Shown here one piece after another: positions 9,636-17,817 of a stretch of 64,000 nt of DNA. Below the pieces are notes generated by a model. The model was not told the origin of the DNA and made no database searches. It saw only the letters and a list, made by a program, of their open reading frames with translations. The translations under genes and the position numbers were made by a program. Within the stretch, counting starts at the first letter, position 1. Every line of letters begins with the position of its first letter. Origin of the DNA: an uncultured virus (IMG/VR IMGVR_UViG_3300008885_000050) (taxonomy: Duplodnaviria; Heunggongvirae; Uroviricota; Caudoviricetes). The DNA lies in the IMG/VR virus record IMGVR_UViG_3300008885_000050; one strand, written 5' to 3'.

Positions 9636-10574
9636 CTACAGCCCTGCGGCCTTTTCGGCTTTGACCCGAAGGTCGATGTAGCTGGTGGGTTTGACCGCGT
9701 AGCCGGCACGCTCCACGGTCTTGGCGGTGATCACCCGACCGTCCGAGATCTTGGCGGCCGATGCGCCGCCCATCTTGTCGAGCAGCTCGGCCTTGATCTC
9801 CTTGAGGCGCTTCTCGATCACGCCCTTCTCACTGGCGATCCGCGCCTTCTCGTCGCAAATCGTCGGCAGCATGTTGTCCTTCGAGAGGTCGATGGTCCGA
9901 CCGTCCGGCTGGTAGAGATCCTCAAGAAGTTCGCCGTCGCGCTTCCAGTCCGGGGCTGGCTGACCGCCGGCCTTCAGGAGCTGCCAAAAGTCGGCGACCT
10001 CGTCGCGGACACGCTCCATCAGCGCCGGGGTGAGCGGGATATCGATCGGGGGATGAAGGTCCAGGCCATGCCCGCAGACGAGCAGCGCGACCATGGCATA
10101 GTTTGCCTTGGTCAGTTCGGCCTCGACGAGCGCCTGGACGGCGACGTACAGCGGCGGAGTGATCTCCTTGGTATCCGGATCAATCCAGTTTTTGACGGAA
10201 AAATCGGAGGCCGTCTTGATCTGGATGATGCCCTGCCCTTTGCGCCCCGGGATGCGGACGAAGGCGTCGGGAGTGGCGCCCATATGCGCCTCGACGTGCC
10301 GGAAGTAGCGGTTGTTGTAGCTGTGAGTGATGTCCCAGTCGGGATAGTCCTCGCGCAGCATGTCGATCGCGGCATATTCAAGGATACGCCCGCGCCGCAG
10401 AACTTTGTTTTCCTCGGCTTCCGGCTTGCGTCCGGTCTTTTCGGCCCACAGCTCGAAGGCCGTCTTGTAGGGATGGATGCCGAGAAGCGCGGAGGCATCG
10501 GAGGCCGTTACGTCCTCCTTGCGGGCGGCAAGCCAGGCGAGCCGATCGGCTGGCTTGATGATCTCAATGGTCAT
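9636..10574 (-). CDS. YqaJ/lambda-exonuclease family recombination nuclease
   Basis: WLAARKEDVTASD, GRILE, GATPDA, IQIKT; TGATG-coupled start at 10574. Confidence 0.92.
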   Translation of the reverse strand: MTIEIIKPADRLAWLAARKEDVTASDASALLGIHPYKTAFELWAEKTGRKPEAEENKVLRRGRILEYAAIDMLREDYPDWDITHSYNNRYFRHVEAHMGATPDAFVRIPGRKGQGIIQIKTASDFSVKNWIDPDTKEITPPLYVAVQALVEAELTKANYAMVALLVCGHGLDLHPPIDIPLTPALMERVRDEVADFWQLLKAGGQPAPDWKRDGELLEDLYQPDGRTIDLSKDNMLPTICDEKARIASEKGVIEKRLKEIKAELLDKMGGASAAKISDGRVITAKTVERAGYAVKPTSYIDLRVKAEKAAGL

Positions 10575-10927
10575 CAGGGAACACTCCTTTGGGGTCGGAT
10601 CAAAACGGCGATCTGTGTAAGCTTGGCCTGGTCGGGCAGCCCTGGGATGGCTTCCGTCCGCCGCTCCGCCCAATCGACACGGCTGGATACGACTTCGCCC
10701 ACGGCCGACTGCATGCCGGGATCGAAGACATCCAGCGCCTGCCCGCGATTGACGATGATGTGCGCCCAATAGTTCCCGTCATCCAGGCGGCTTACCTCGA
10801 CGGCGCCGCCTGGAAATTCGATGACGTGCGACGCGACCTCGAGCTTCTTCTTTTTGTCGCCGCGCAGGACACGCTTCGCCGGCGCCGCGTCGAACATGTC
10901 GACCTGGAAGTTAACTGCGCCGCTCAC
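10574..10927 (-). CDS. Hypothetical protein
   Basis: 117 aa, coupled. Confidence 0.7.
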   Translation of the reverse strand: MSGAVNFQVDMFDAAPAKRVLRGDKKKKLEVASHVIEFPGGAVEVSRLDDGNYWAHIIVNRGQALDVFDPGMQSAVGEVVSSRVDWAERRTEAIPGLPDQAKLTQIAVLIRPQRSVP

Positions 10928-11154
10928 GGCCGCGCCTCGACATACTTGCCGGCGGAGTTCATCTCGGCGATGCGCAGCTGGGCGCCATCAAATCCGGAGT
11001 AGCCTTGCCAAGCCGTCTGGTTGCGGCGGGCGTCATCGAAGGCGCGTTCGCGCCCCCTCGCCTGTTCCCGCTCCGTCTTGCCGTCGTCGATCGCAACCGA
11101 CGTGACGTTCAGCCAATCTTTCCCGCGACGGACCTGTACATGCAGCCGGTTCAT
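10924..11154 (-). CDS. Hypothetical protein
   Basis: 76 aa, overlaps both neighbours. Confidence 0.65.
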   Translation of the reverse strand: MNRLHVQVRRGKDWLNVTSVAIDDGKTEREQARGRERAFDDARRNQTAWQGYSGFDGAQLRIAEMNSAGKYVEARP

Positions 11155-11330
11155 GCGGTTTTCCTCGGCACGACAGCCTCGCGATACCCGAGGGCGACCT
11201 CGAAGGTCCGCACGACCTCGGCGATCTGCTGCTCGCGGCTGAAGCCCTGGCGCTTCGCCCAGTTCAAAACGGTGAAGGCGGAATCGGCGAGCACGCGGAG
11301 CTGCTCAGTGGTCAGGCGAGGTTCCGTCAT
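11151..11330 (-). CDS. Hypothetical protein
   Basis: MTEPRLTTEQL start, ATGA overlaps. Confidence 0.6.
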   Translation of the reverse strand: MTEPRLTTEQLRVLADSAFTVLNWAKRQGFSREQQIAEVVRTFEVALGYREAVVPRKTA

Positions 11331-11431
11331 GGAAGCACCGCATCGAGCAGTGATGCACCGTAAATCATCACCATGAGAACCGCGCACGTGATGCGCTGGT
11401 GGTCGGCGAGGTAGTTGATGAAGGCTTCCAT
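11327..11431 (-). CDS. 34-aa hydrophobic peptide (not in ORF track)
   Basis: MEAFINYLADHQRITCAVLMVMIYGASLLDAVLP; GAGGAG RBS; TGATG/ATGA overlaps. Confidence 0.6.
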   Translation of the reverse strand: MEAFINYLADHQRITCAVLMVMIYGASLLDAVLP

Positions 11432-11622
11432 CAAACGCACTCCTCAATTGCGGGAAGATCGTCGAAACAGGGGCCGTCATCGGTCGCCGTGAAGCAGCCC
11501 TGGCAGGTGTATTCCGGAGGCCGCATGCGCCAGCCGAAGGCGAACAGACCGCCATCGCAGGTGATGCGGAGGTTCGCGATTGCGCCGCAGTATTCGCAGA
11601 TGGGCTGAGCGGTCGGGGCCAT
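11431..11622 (-). CDS. Small zinc-ribbon protein
   Basis: CEYC...CQGC; AGGAAG upstream. Confidence 0.6.
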   Translation of the reverse strand: MAPTAQPICEYCGAIANLRITCDGGLFAFGWRMRPPEYTCQGCFTATDDGPCFDDLPAIEECV

Positions 11623-11789
11623 CAGGCGGCTTCCTTCTGCTCGGCTTCGATGGGGCGAGGCTCGCGAGCGGCGAACCAGTCCTCAACGGCGTCTTGGATG
11701 GCTTGAGCGAGCGAAGCTTCATCAGCCGCTTCGCGGATGGACCCGAGGAAATACTCGGCGACGCTGAGACATTTGCTGTCGTATGCCAT
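11622..11789 (-). CDS. Hypothetical protein
   Basis: MAYDSKCLSVAEYFL; TGATG-coupled. Confidence 0.6.
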   Translation of the reverse strand: MAYDSKCLSVAEYFLGSIREAADEASLAQAIQDAVEDWFAAREPRPIEAEQKEAA

Positions 11790-12223
11790 CACGCCACCGC
11801 CTTCCGGCAATCGCGCAGCGCTCGCATCTCGAGCTCTTCCTCGTCGACCCATGAGCCGTACCGGGCATAGGCGTTCGAAAGCGCGATTGCTGCCTTGCGG
11901 TTGAGCGGGACGATCGTGTCCAGCGCCTCTTCGCGATACGGCGCACGCCAACCGGGGAAGGCTTCCTCCAGCGCTTCGGCGATTGAGACGCCACGGTTCA
12001 GCGCCAGCGGCAGATCGACCGTCCGCGAGGCGCTGTAGCTCGATGTCGTCCAGTACGCGGCGCGGCCCGAAGCAATGGCGCCGATCGCGCTTTCGCGGTT
12101 GTCGTCGTATCCGTTGCGATAGATTTCGATGGCGTCGAGCATGTGCCGACGCGCCTCGAAAGCTTCGTCGAGGCTGGTGCGGATTAGTGGGGCTGGCGTG
12201 GCTGCGTGGGCTGCGGCTGGCAT
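11789..12223 (-). CDS. First gene of the PL operon, hypothetical
   Basis: AGGAGA RBS before the ATG at 12223. Confidence 0.7.
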   Translation of the reverse strand: MPAAAHAATPAPLIRTSLDEAFEARRHMLDAIEIYRNGYDDNRESAIGAIASGRAAYWTTSSYSASRTVDLPLALNRGVSIAEALEEAFPGWRAPYREEALDTIVPLNRKAAIALSNAYARYGSWVDEEELEMRALRDCRKAVA

Positions 12224-12245
12224 CGGATGGTCTCCTATGCCGCAG

Positions 12246-12296
12246 AACTTAAGCCCCACTTATTTTTCAGTCAAGCTGAATTATCAGTCCCACTGA
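12246..12296 (-). promoter_or_regulatory. PL promoter with three operators (OL)
   Basis: TTGACT(12274-12269)-N17-TAAGTT(12251-12246); 13-bp dyads TAAGCcccACTTA (12250), TCAGTcaaGCTGA (12267), TCAGTcccACTGA (12284). Confidence 0.85.
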
Positions 12297-12362
12297 AATT
12301 TCTCGACGAGGTAACCTGCCTCGCGCGCGACAGCGCCAAGCCAAGAATCGTAACGCGCGACA

Positions 12363-12390
12363 CAAAAGGGTGCGTCAGCACCCTATTTTG
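12363..12390 (-). terminator. Intrinsic terminator-like hairpin
   Basis: AGGGTGC-TGAC-GCACCCT followed by TTTG on the - strand; also T-tailed on the + strand. Confidence 0.65.
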
Positions 12391-12395
12391 AATCC

Positions 12396-12442
12396 TAGCG
12401 GGACACGGAATCGTTGCAGGTTAGCGGGACACGGAATCGTTG
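12396..12442. repeat. Two exact 21-bp direct repeats TAGCGGGACACGGAATCGTTG
   Basis: Copies at 12396-12416 and 12422-12442. Confidence 0.95.
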
Positions 12443-12597
12443 AGCTCAATCTGAAACGGTGAATCGTAGAGCTCTATGATCTAAGGTTAGTTTTAATCTC
12501 CAACCGAGCGCGGAGGCGCGCGCGGATAAACCGCGCGCTTGGCGCTTGTCAACACCGTTGCCTTAAATCCCGTAAGGGGAGAAACAGCCTGGCAAGG

Positions 12598-12879
12598 TCA
12601 CTTCTGTGATCGCCGCTTTGCCGGGTTTTTCGCCAGCATTTGCACCGCCGCGCTAATCGCTTCTACGAGATCGGCCTGGTCGGCTTCGCTCATCCCAGCG
12701 AGAAGCGGTCGGAATATCTCCGCGATTCGAGTGAATGCGTCCGACTCGAAAGATCGCTCCAGCCTATCGTTTATCTCTTTGTTCAAGCTTCGCGATCCGC
12801 GTGCGCCTTCCAGCTTCTCTTTCAAGCCAGGGAAGAAGCGGACATGGAAGCTCGGCGGCTCAGACTGGGACATGCCCAC
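12598..12879 (-). CDS. Arc-like ribbon-helix-helix DNA-binding protein
   Basis: SFHVRFFPGLKEKLEGARGSRSLNKEINDRLERSF. Confidence 0.85.
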   Translation of the reverse strand: MGMSQSEPPSFHVRFFPGLKEKLEGARGSRSLNKEINDRLERSFESDAFTRIAEIFRPLLAGMSEADQADLVEAISAAVQMLAKNPAKRRSQK

Positions 12880-13108
12880 TTTATGGCCGAAGGCACCTTG
12901 CGCCGAAATGGTTCCAGAATTGACGCCAAAACGTCTGAAACTGGTACTATTTTTCCCCGCTATTCACAGCGCGATATTACAGGTTGATACAATCCGTTAA
13001 TACCTTTCGAATGGGGTCGCGCCAGAAATGACGCTGCGGCATCCCGAAATCCTGTTGACAGGCAAAAAGGAAATCGTTCCTATTCGGGAAGCGCTTGGGG
13101 ACGTGAAA

Positions 13109-13318
13109 ATGATCCATTACATGCCGCATGAGAAGACGCGGCGGGCGGAAACACTAGCGAAATTATTGGGATCAAGCTCTTGCCCAATGACAGATCCGGC
13201 GATGCGGATCGAGCGCGATGCGGCCTCAATCGCTAGCGCGATGGCGATGATACACGGCGGGCAGTGGCGGATTCAGATCGATCATCAGCTTGGCTATGTT
13301 GTCGTGAAGCAGTGTTGA
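13109..13318 (+). CDS. Small protein convergent with and overlapping the cI 3' end
   Basis: GGGGAC RBS, TTGACA at 13055 upstream, plausible globular sequence. Confidence 0.5.
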   Translation: MIHYMPHEKTRRAETLAKLLGSSSCPMTDPAMRIERDAASIASAMAMIHGGQWRIQIDHQLGYVVVKQC

Positions 13319-13670
13319 AGCTGATGTCCTTAAGTATGACATCGTAGAGAAAGGCGACGTCCTTCTCTGACAAGCCATCAATACGCTGCAACGTCGCCAG
13401 GATTTGTTGCTCGCCACGGATCGGCGCCTTGGAGGCTTCGATCTTGTCAGGGGCCCACAAAAGCAGATCGCCTGGTCTGCAGTCCAACGCCTTCGCGATT
13501 GCGACCAATGTCGAATCGGTAAACCCCTGTTTGCCGTTCTCGAGCTGGGAAATGGATGACGCGGTCAGGCCAACCATCTCAGCAAGCATCTCTTGATTCA
13601 ACCCGCGCTGTTTCCGCCACTCGCGGAAATAGTAGGTCGGTTGCGCTCCGTTTGCATGTTTGTCTGCCAT
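13233..13670 (-). CDS. cI: CI-like repressor (XRE HTH, no S24 peptidase domain)
   Basis: FREWRKQRGLNQEMLAEMVGLTASSISQLENGKQ; divergent from cro; start could alternatively be 13706. Confidence 0.88.
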   Translation of the reverse strand: MADKHANGAQPTYYFREWRKQRGLNQEMLAEMVGLTASSISQLENGKQGFTDSTLVAIAKALDCRPGDLLLWAPDKIEASKAPIRGEQQILATLQRIDGLSEKDVAFLYDVILKDISFNTASRQHSQADDRSESATARRVSSPSR

Positions 13671-13706
13671 GCTGAAGTTATCGCGCATCCGATAAGTTGG
13701 CTCCAT

Positions 13707-13757
13707 TCGATCCCACTGACAAAATCAGCTTGACTTAATTTCAGTGGGGCTTAAGTT
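13707..13757 (+). promoter_or_regulatory. PR promoter with three operators (OR)
   Basis: TTGACT(13730)-N16-TAAGTT(13752); dyads TCGATcccACTGA (13707), TCAGCttgACTTA (13725), TCAGTgggGCTTA (13741), same consensus as OL. Confidence 0.85.
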
Positions 13758-13764
13758 GCCGTCC

Positions 13765-14013
13765 ATGGAAAAGCTGATTGCCTATCTCGATGAGGAACGT
13801 GGTCGCCGCAACAAGCTGGCCGCCGCGCTTGGGATTGGCCCGGGTGCAATCTCGCAGTGGGAGAAGGTTCCCGCAGAACGTCTCGGAGATATCTCCCGGT
13901 TCACCGGCATCGCGGTTGAGGAGCTTCGGCCCGACATTTTTGCGAAAGCCGTTCGCGGAAGCGGCGATCACGCGGCGGGCGCAGCAGAGCGGCCCGCGGG
14001 CGCGGCGGCCTAA
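13765..14013 (+). CDS. cro: Cro/YdaS-like repressor
   Basis: KLAAALGIGPGAISQWEKVPAER...EELRPDIF. Confidence 0.9.
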   Translation: MEKLIAYLDEERGRRNKLAAALGIGPGAISQWEKVPAERLGDISRFTGIAVEELRPDIFAKAVRGSGDHAAGAAERPAGAAA

Positions 14014-14259
14014 TGTCAGACCGCGCCAAAGATACGCGCCCTGTCCAATTCACAGCCCAGACATGGCTGCGGCTCCGCACTTTCGCCGGAGCCGCTTTTA
14101 TTTTTTCTTCGCGCGCGGTGTCACCGCTCCTGCGCGATCGCCGGCGGCCCTGCGTCGGCATGGTGGCCCTGTCTGTCCCGTCTGACATGGGCCACCGCTC
14201 TTCTTCGATCGTCTGTTCATCGGGTTTCTCCAGTTCCGTCGCTGGAAAGAGGGATACCC

Positions 14260-14775
14260 ATGAACAGAAACGCGGACTTGGAAACTTCGAGCGCAAGCTT
14301 GGAAAAACTTACCAAGGCCCACGGCGGGCCGAAGGTGGGCGGTGGTATCATGTCTAGCGTTGCCATCGCCATTTCTGCCGAAGACCGCGCACCTCGCGAT
14401 GTCATCCGTGCTGTCGGGGAGTTGTTGCTCCCCAAGACGCCAGCCCGTCGGCAATATGGCAAGATCTATACGGAACTACTGAAACGGGTGCCGCCGGCGT
14501 TTACCAAAAAGGTGACGCCGCGCCGTGTCCGGGCGATCTACAACGATGACGCGCGGCGCGTCGAATGGTACGAGATGAAGGCGCTACTCGAGATCGAGGC
14601 GCTGGAGGAGGCTAGACGTGCAAGGCTCAAACTCGCCGCCACGGCCAACCGTCTGGCAGCGCTTATTGCCGCTGAAGACGCGGCTCTGGATGGCGAAGAA
14701 CGTCGCGAATTGGGGCGACTCGCTGGCGCATTGGATCGCGCCGGAATCAAAGCCGACAGCGGAGGCGCTCTATGA
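14260..14775 (+). CDS. Regulatory protein in the CII position
   Basis: GAGGGA RBS; TPRRVRAIY...ARRVEWYEM helix motif followed by coiled coil. Confidence 0.6.
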   Translation: MNRNADLETSSASLEKLTKAHGGPKVGGGIMSSVAIAISAEDRAPRDVIRAVGELLLPKTPARRQYGKIYTELLKRVPPAFTKKVTPRRVRAIYNDDARRVEWYEMKALLEIEALEEARRARLKLAATANRLAALIAAEDAALDGEERRELGRLAGALDRAGIKADSGGAL

Positions 14776-15368
14776 GCGATCTCCCAGACTGGAAGACGAT
14801 CAATCCGGCTGAGCGCGACCGCCTGCTCGCCGGCTATTGCAACGACGGACTGACCGCCCAGAAGATCGCCGACAAGTTCCAGAACTGCAGCCGGTCGGCC
14901 GTCATCGGTCGCATCCACCGGCTCAAGCTCCAGCTGAACAACGGCGCGCCTCGCAAGAGTGCCGGACGTCGTCCGAAGGCGTCTGTCGAGGCTAAGCCGA
15001 AGGCGCCGGCCGTCCGCAAGGTCTCAAAGCTCGTCAAGGATACCAGTTCCTGGCGCGGCGCCAACAACCCGCCGGCGACGGATTTCAAAGCGCGCGCCCT
15101 GCAGCGGGCGGCATCTCCCGGCATCGTCATCAAGCGTGAAAACGCCTTCGATCCGATCCCCGACACGACGCCGATCTCTCTGATGGACCTCAACTCGACC
15201 ACGTGCCGATGGATGGTCAATGGCGTCTCCGGCCATGGCGACCTGTACTGCGGCCAACCCAAAGAGGTCGAGCACAGTTATTGCGCCTGCCACCGCGCCA
15301 TCGCGCATCAGCCCGCACACGAACGCCGTCGAGCCGAGACCAGATCGGCAGAGAGGAATTTCGCATGA
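14772..15368 (+). CDS. gcrA: GcrA-family cell-cycle regulator homologue
   Basis: GLTAQKIA...SRSAVIGRIHRLKL N-domain; LMDL..TTCRW...YCG...YC..H...AHQP C-domain. Confidence 0.9.
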   Translation: MSDLPDWKTINPAERDRLLAGYCNDGLTAQKIADKFQNCSRSAVIGRIHRLKLQLNNGAPRKSAGRRPKASVEAKPKAPAVRKVSKLVKDTSSWRGANNPPATDFKARALQRAASPGIVIKRENAFDPIPDTTPISLMDLNSTTCRWMVNGVSGHGDLYCGQPKEVEHSYCACHRAIAHQPAHERRRAETRSAERNFA

Positions 15369-15787
15369 CGAAGATTTTGGAACGGCCGAATCGCGCGACG
15401 CCGGATGAGATGGCGACGTTCGTCGACCAGTTCGAGGAGCTGGAGAACGAGATCGCCAGCGAACGCGGCATCTTCATGTCGAAATGCAAGGCAATCCGTG
15501 AGCGTCAGCGAGAACTTCTTGACGATGCAAAATCGCAGGGTTTGCCCAAGAACGTGGTGAAGGCCGTTGTCCGCGCCCGCGAGCTCGAAGCGAAGGCATC
15601 CGCCGTGCTCGACGGTCTCGAAGACGATGCTGTCCAGGTCTTCAAAGATATTCGCGAGGCGCTCGGCGATTTCGCTGACAGCCCGCTCGGCGCAGCGGCC
15701 GTCAAAGCCGAAGGCGAGCAGGATCCGGCAACCGCCGCGATCGTGAAGGCCGCGAAAGACTGGGACGAGTCCGCGCCTAAGCACTGA
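15365..15787 (+). CDS. GapR/DUF2312-like nucleoid-associated protein
   Basis: FVDQFEELENE...DAKSQGLPKNVVKAVVRAR...ALGDFADSPLG resembles GapR (FIERIERLEEE...EAKGxGFDxKxxRxxxRxR); GAGGAA RBS. Confidence 0.7.
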   Translation: MTKILERPNRATPDEMATFVDQFEELENEIASERGIFMSKCKAIRERQRELLDDAKSQGLPKNVVKAVVRARELEAKASAVLDGLEDDAVQVFKDIREALGDFADSPLGAAAVKAEGEQDPATAAIVKAAKDWDESAPKH

Positions 15788-15849
15788 TTTTTCGATTGCA
15801 ATGACCTGTGGCCGCCAGTGCGGCCGACTCCATCCTGTGGTTCGTACCA

Positions 15850-16521
15850 ATGAAGCGCATCGATCTTTCAGGTCAGTCGTTTGGCCGCCTTCGCGTGGTC
15901 GGTCCCGTCAGCTTGATCAAACGGCGGCTACGCTGGAATTGCATCTGTGACTGCGGACAGGAATGTGTGATTGCTGGAGATGGCCTGCGAAATGGCAAAA
16001 CGACTTCTTGCGGCTGTATCCAACGCAGGGGCGCCGGCAACACCACCCATGGCCTCGGCGTTGGCCGTAGACACCCACTGTCGGGGACGTGGAGCGGGCT
16101 CAAGCAGCGCTGCTACAATCCAAAGGCCAAGCGCTTCAATCGGTATGGTGGGCGCGGCATCACCGTCTGTGATCGCTGGTTGAATGGCGCCGACGGCAAG
16201 CCAGGGTTCCAATGCTTCGTTGAAGACATGGGCCCCAAGCCCACACCCCAGCATTCGATCGAGCGCAAAGACAAAGACGGCAACTACGAGCCCGGCAATT
16301 GCCATTGGGCCTTGGATATCGAGCAGGCCAGGAATCGGCGAACGACGGTTGAGGTTGATCTCGACGGCAAGTCCGTGTCGCTCGCCGAATACTGTGAGCA
16401 CAAGGGCCTTCCCTACAAGATCGTGCATCAGCGGCTATCACGCGGCTGGTCACTGGAAAAGGCTGAGACCTACCCCGTCACTTCATCGCGAAAGTCGTCG
16501 GATGTCGAGGCACGGCCATGA
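15850..16521 (+). CDS. HNH homing endonuclease with C-terminal HTH
   Basis: Same family as 3919..4482 ([34 protein letters not shown]). Confidence 0.9.
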   Translation: MKRIDLSGQSFGRLRVVGPVSLIKRRLRWNCICDCGQECVIAGDGLRNGKTTSCGCIQRRGAGNTTHGLGVGRRHPLSGTWSGLKQRCYNPKAKRFNRYGGRGITVCDRWLNGADGKPGFQCFVEDMGPKPTPQHSIERKDKDGNYEPGNCHWALDIEQARNRRTTVEVDLDGKSVSLAEYCEHKGLPYKIVHQRLSRGWSLEKAETYPVTSSRKSSDVEARP

Positions 16522-17135
16522 CGGCAGTTCGCATCCTGCACCTCGATGCCGCGACTAGGACCGGCTTCGCCTACGGTCCAGCCGGTCAAAAACCGATTTC
16601 TGGCAGTTTCCGTTGCGCGGCGCCGGATGCGTCACAAGGTGCTGTCTTTGCCGGTGCGATGCGGTGGATCACCACTTTCCACGCCAGCCACCCGATCGAC
16701 GTTCTCGGCATCGAGGCGTCCGCAGCAGGTAGCAACGTTGCCGGCAAGACCACGCTCCGGACTTCGGAAATTCTCAACGGATTGCCAGCCTGCTTCATCG
16801 GCATGGCATTCCTGCTTGGTATTTACGAGGCCAAGCGCGTCGCGGTCTCTTCGATCCGTGCTCATTTCATCGGTGCCGGCAATCTGAAAGGCGAGATCGC
16901 CAAGCCCCGCGTGCTGGAAAAGTGCCGGGCTCTCGGTTGGATCGACAAGGGCGACCAGGATCAATCATTTGACCGGTCAGACGCTCTGGCCGGCTGGTCC
17001 TATTGCGAATGGTTCTACGCCGCCAAGCAGTCCCAGCCTGTGAACGATCTGTTCGTGGCGGCTCAGCGTCGCCAACGCGAGGCCGAGGAGCTCAGCCGCC
17101 GATACACCCCCACTCAAATTCCGGAGAGGTTCTGA
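16518..17135 (+). CDS. RuvC-like Holliday junction resolvase
   Basis: ILHLDAATRTGFA, LGIEA, DRSDALA. Confidence 0.8.
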   Translation: MTAVRILHLDAATRTGFAYGPAGQKPISGSFRCAAPDASQGAVFAGAMRWITTFHASHPIDVLGIEASAAGSNVAGKTTLRTSEILNGLPACFIGMAFLLGIYEAKRVAVSSIRAHFIGAGNLKGEIAKPRVLEKCRALGWIDKGDQDQSFDRSDALAGWSYCEWFYAAKQSQPVNDLFVAAQRRQREAEELSRRYTPTQIPERF

Positions 17136-17461
17136 TGCACTGGACACCTTACCGAGGCCAACTCGTTTGCTGCATCGATGACACGCCTACCAACGCCTTT
17201 GGTGTCGTCGAGCTGGTTCGCGGCCGTGTCTACACTGTGCGCGAGGTCGTCGAACCGGATGAACTGATCGCCTTCTTCCTTGGCGGAGATCCCAACGAGC
17301 CGAGCGTCATGCTGGACGAGGTGCGGAGACCGTTGGAAGACGCGGAATATGGCGAGGTCCCGTTCAGGGTTTCCCGCTTCCAACCGATCGACCCCGAACG
17401 GATCGAGATCTTCCGCAGCATGCTCAATCCCGTCACTCGCCGTCGTGGGGTGCCGGCATGA
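17135..17461 (+). CDS. Hypothetical protein
   Basis: GAGAGG RBS, TGATG-coupled start MHWTPY. Confidence 0.7.
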   Translation: MHWTPYRGQLVCCIDDTPTNAFGVVELVRGRVYTVREVVEPDELIAFFLGGDPNEPSVMLDEVRRPLEDAEYGEVPFRVSRFQPIDPERIEIFRSMLNPVTRRRGVPA

Positions 17462-17817
17462 GCGCCCGCCCAGCCATGGGCCGCGTTCGCGGCTATCATT
17501 CGTTCAGCAAAGCGGTCTCGATCGGCCTGCTTCTCGCCGCCGTCGCCTTCGTCATCTTCGTTCTCTGCGGTGGCGCCCGGGCGGCGGCCGTCTGTATGCC
17601 GTGGGCGGACCTCAAACCGCGCGTCGCCAAGGCCTGGCATGAATTCCCCATCGATGTCGGCGTCATCAACGCCCAGACCGTGGTCGAGATCATGGCCTCG
17701 CCGGATGGTGCAACCTTCACGGTCGTTATCGTTGATGCCGCCGGCAGGGCGTGTGCCATCCTCTCCGGCACCGGATGGGAAGGCGTCGAACCAACCAAAT
17801 CGGGGACGCCAGGATAA
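17458..17817 (+). CDS. Predicted exported/membrane-anchored protein
   Basis: Hydrophobic N-terminus plus AxA, two Cys in the mature part. Confidence 0.65.
   Translation: MSARPAMGRVRGYHSFSKAVSIGLLLAAVAFVIFVLCGGARAAAVCMPWADLKPRVAKAWHEFPIDVGVINAQTVVEIMASPDGATFTVVIVDAAGRACAILSGTGWEGVEPTKSGTPG

Noticed and set aside
12396..12442. 21-bp repeats as a CRISPR array
   Set aside because: Only two copies, 5-bp spacer, no cas genes
13055..13090. Alphaproteobacterial LexA box (also 59937-59955)
   Set aside because: Does not fit GTTC-N7-GTTC / GAAC-N7-GAAC
13735..13754. CtrA box at PR (also 12481-12496 and 12984-13000)
   Set aside because: Half-site spacing is 12, 8 and 9 rather than 7; no canonical TTAA-N7-TTAA found by eye, so a PWM scan is needed
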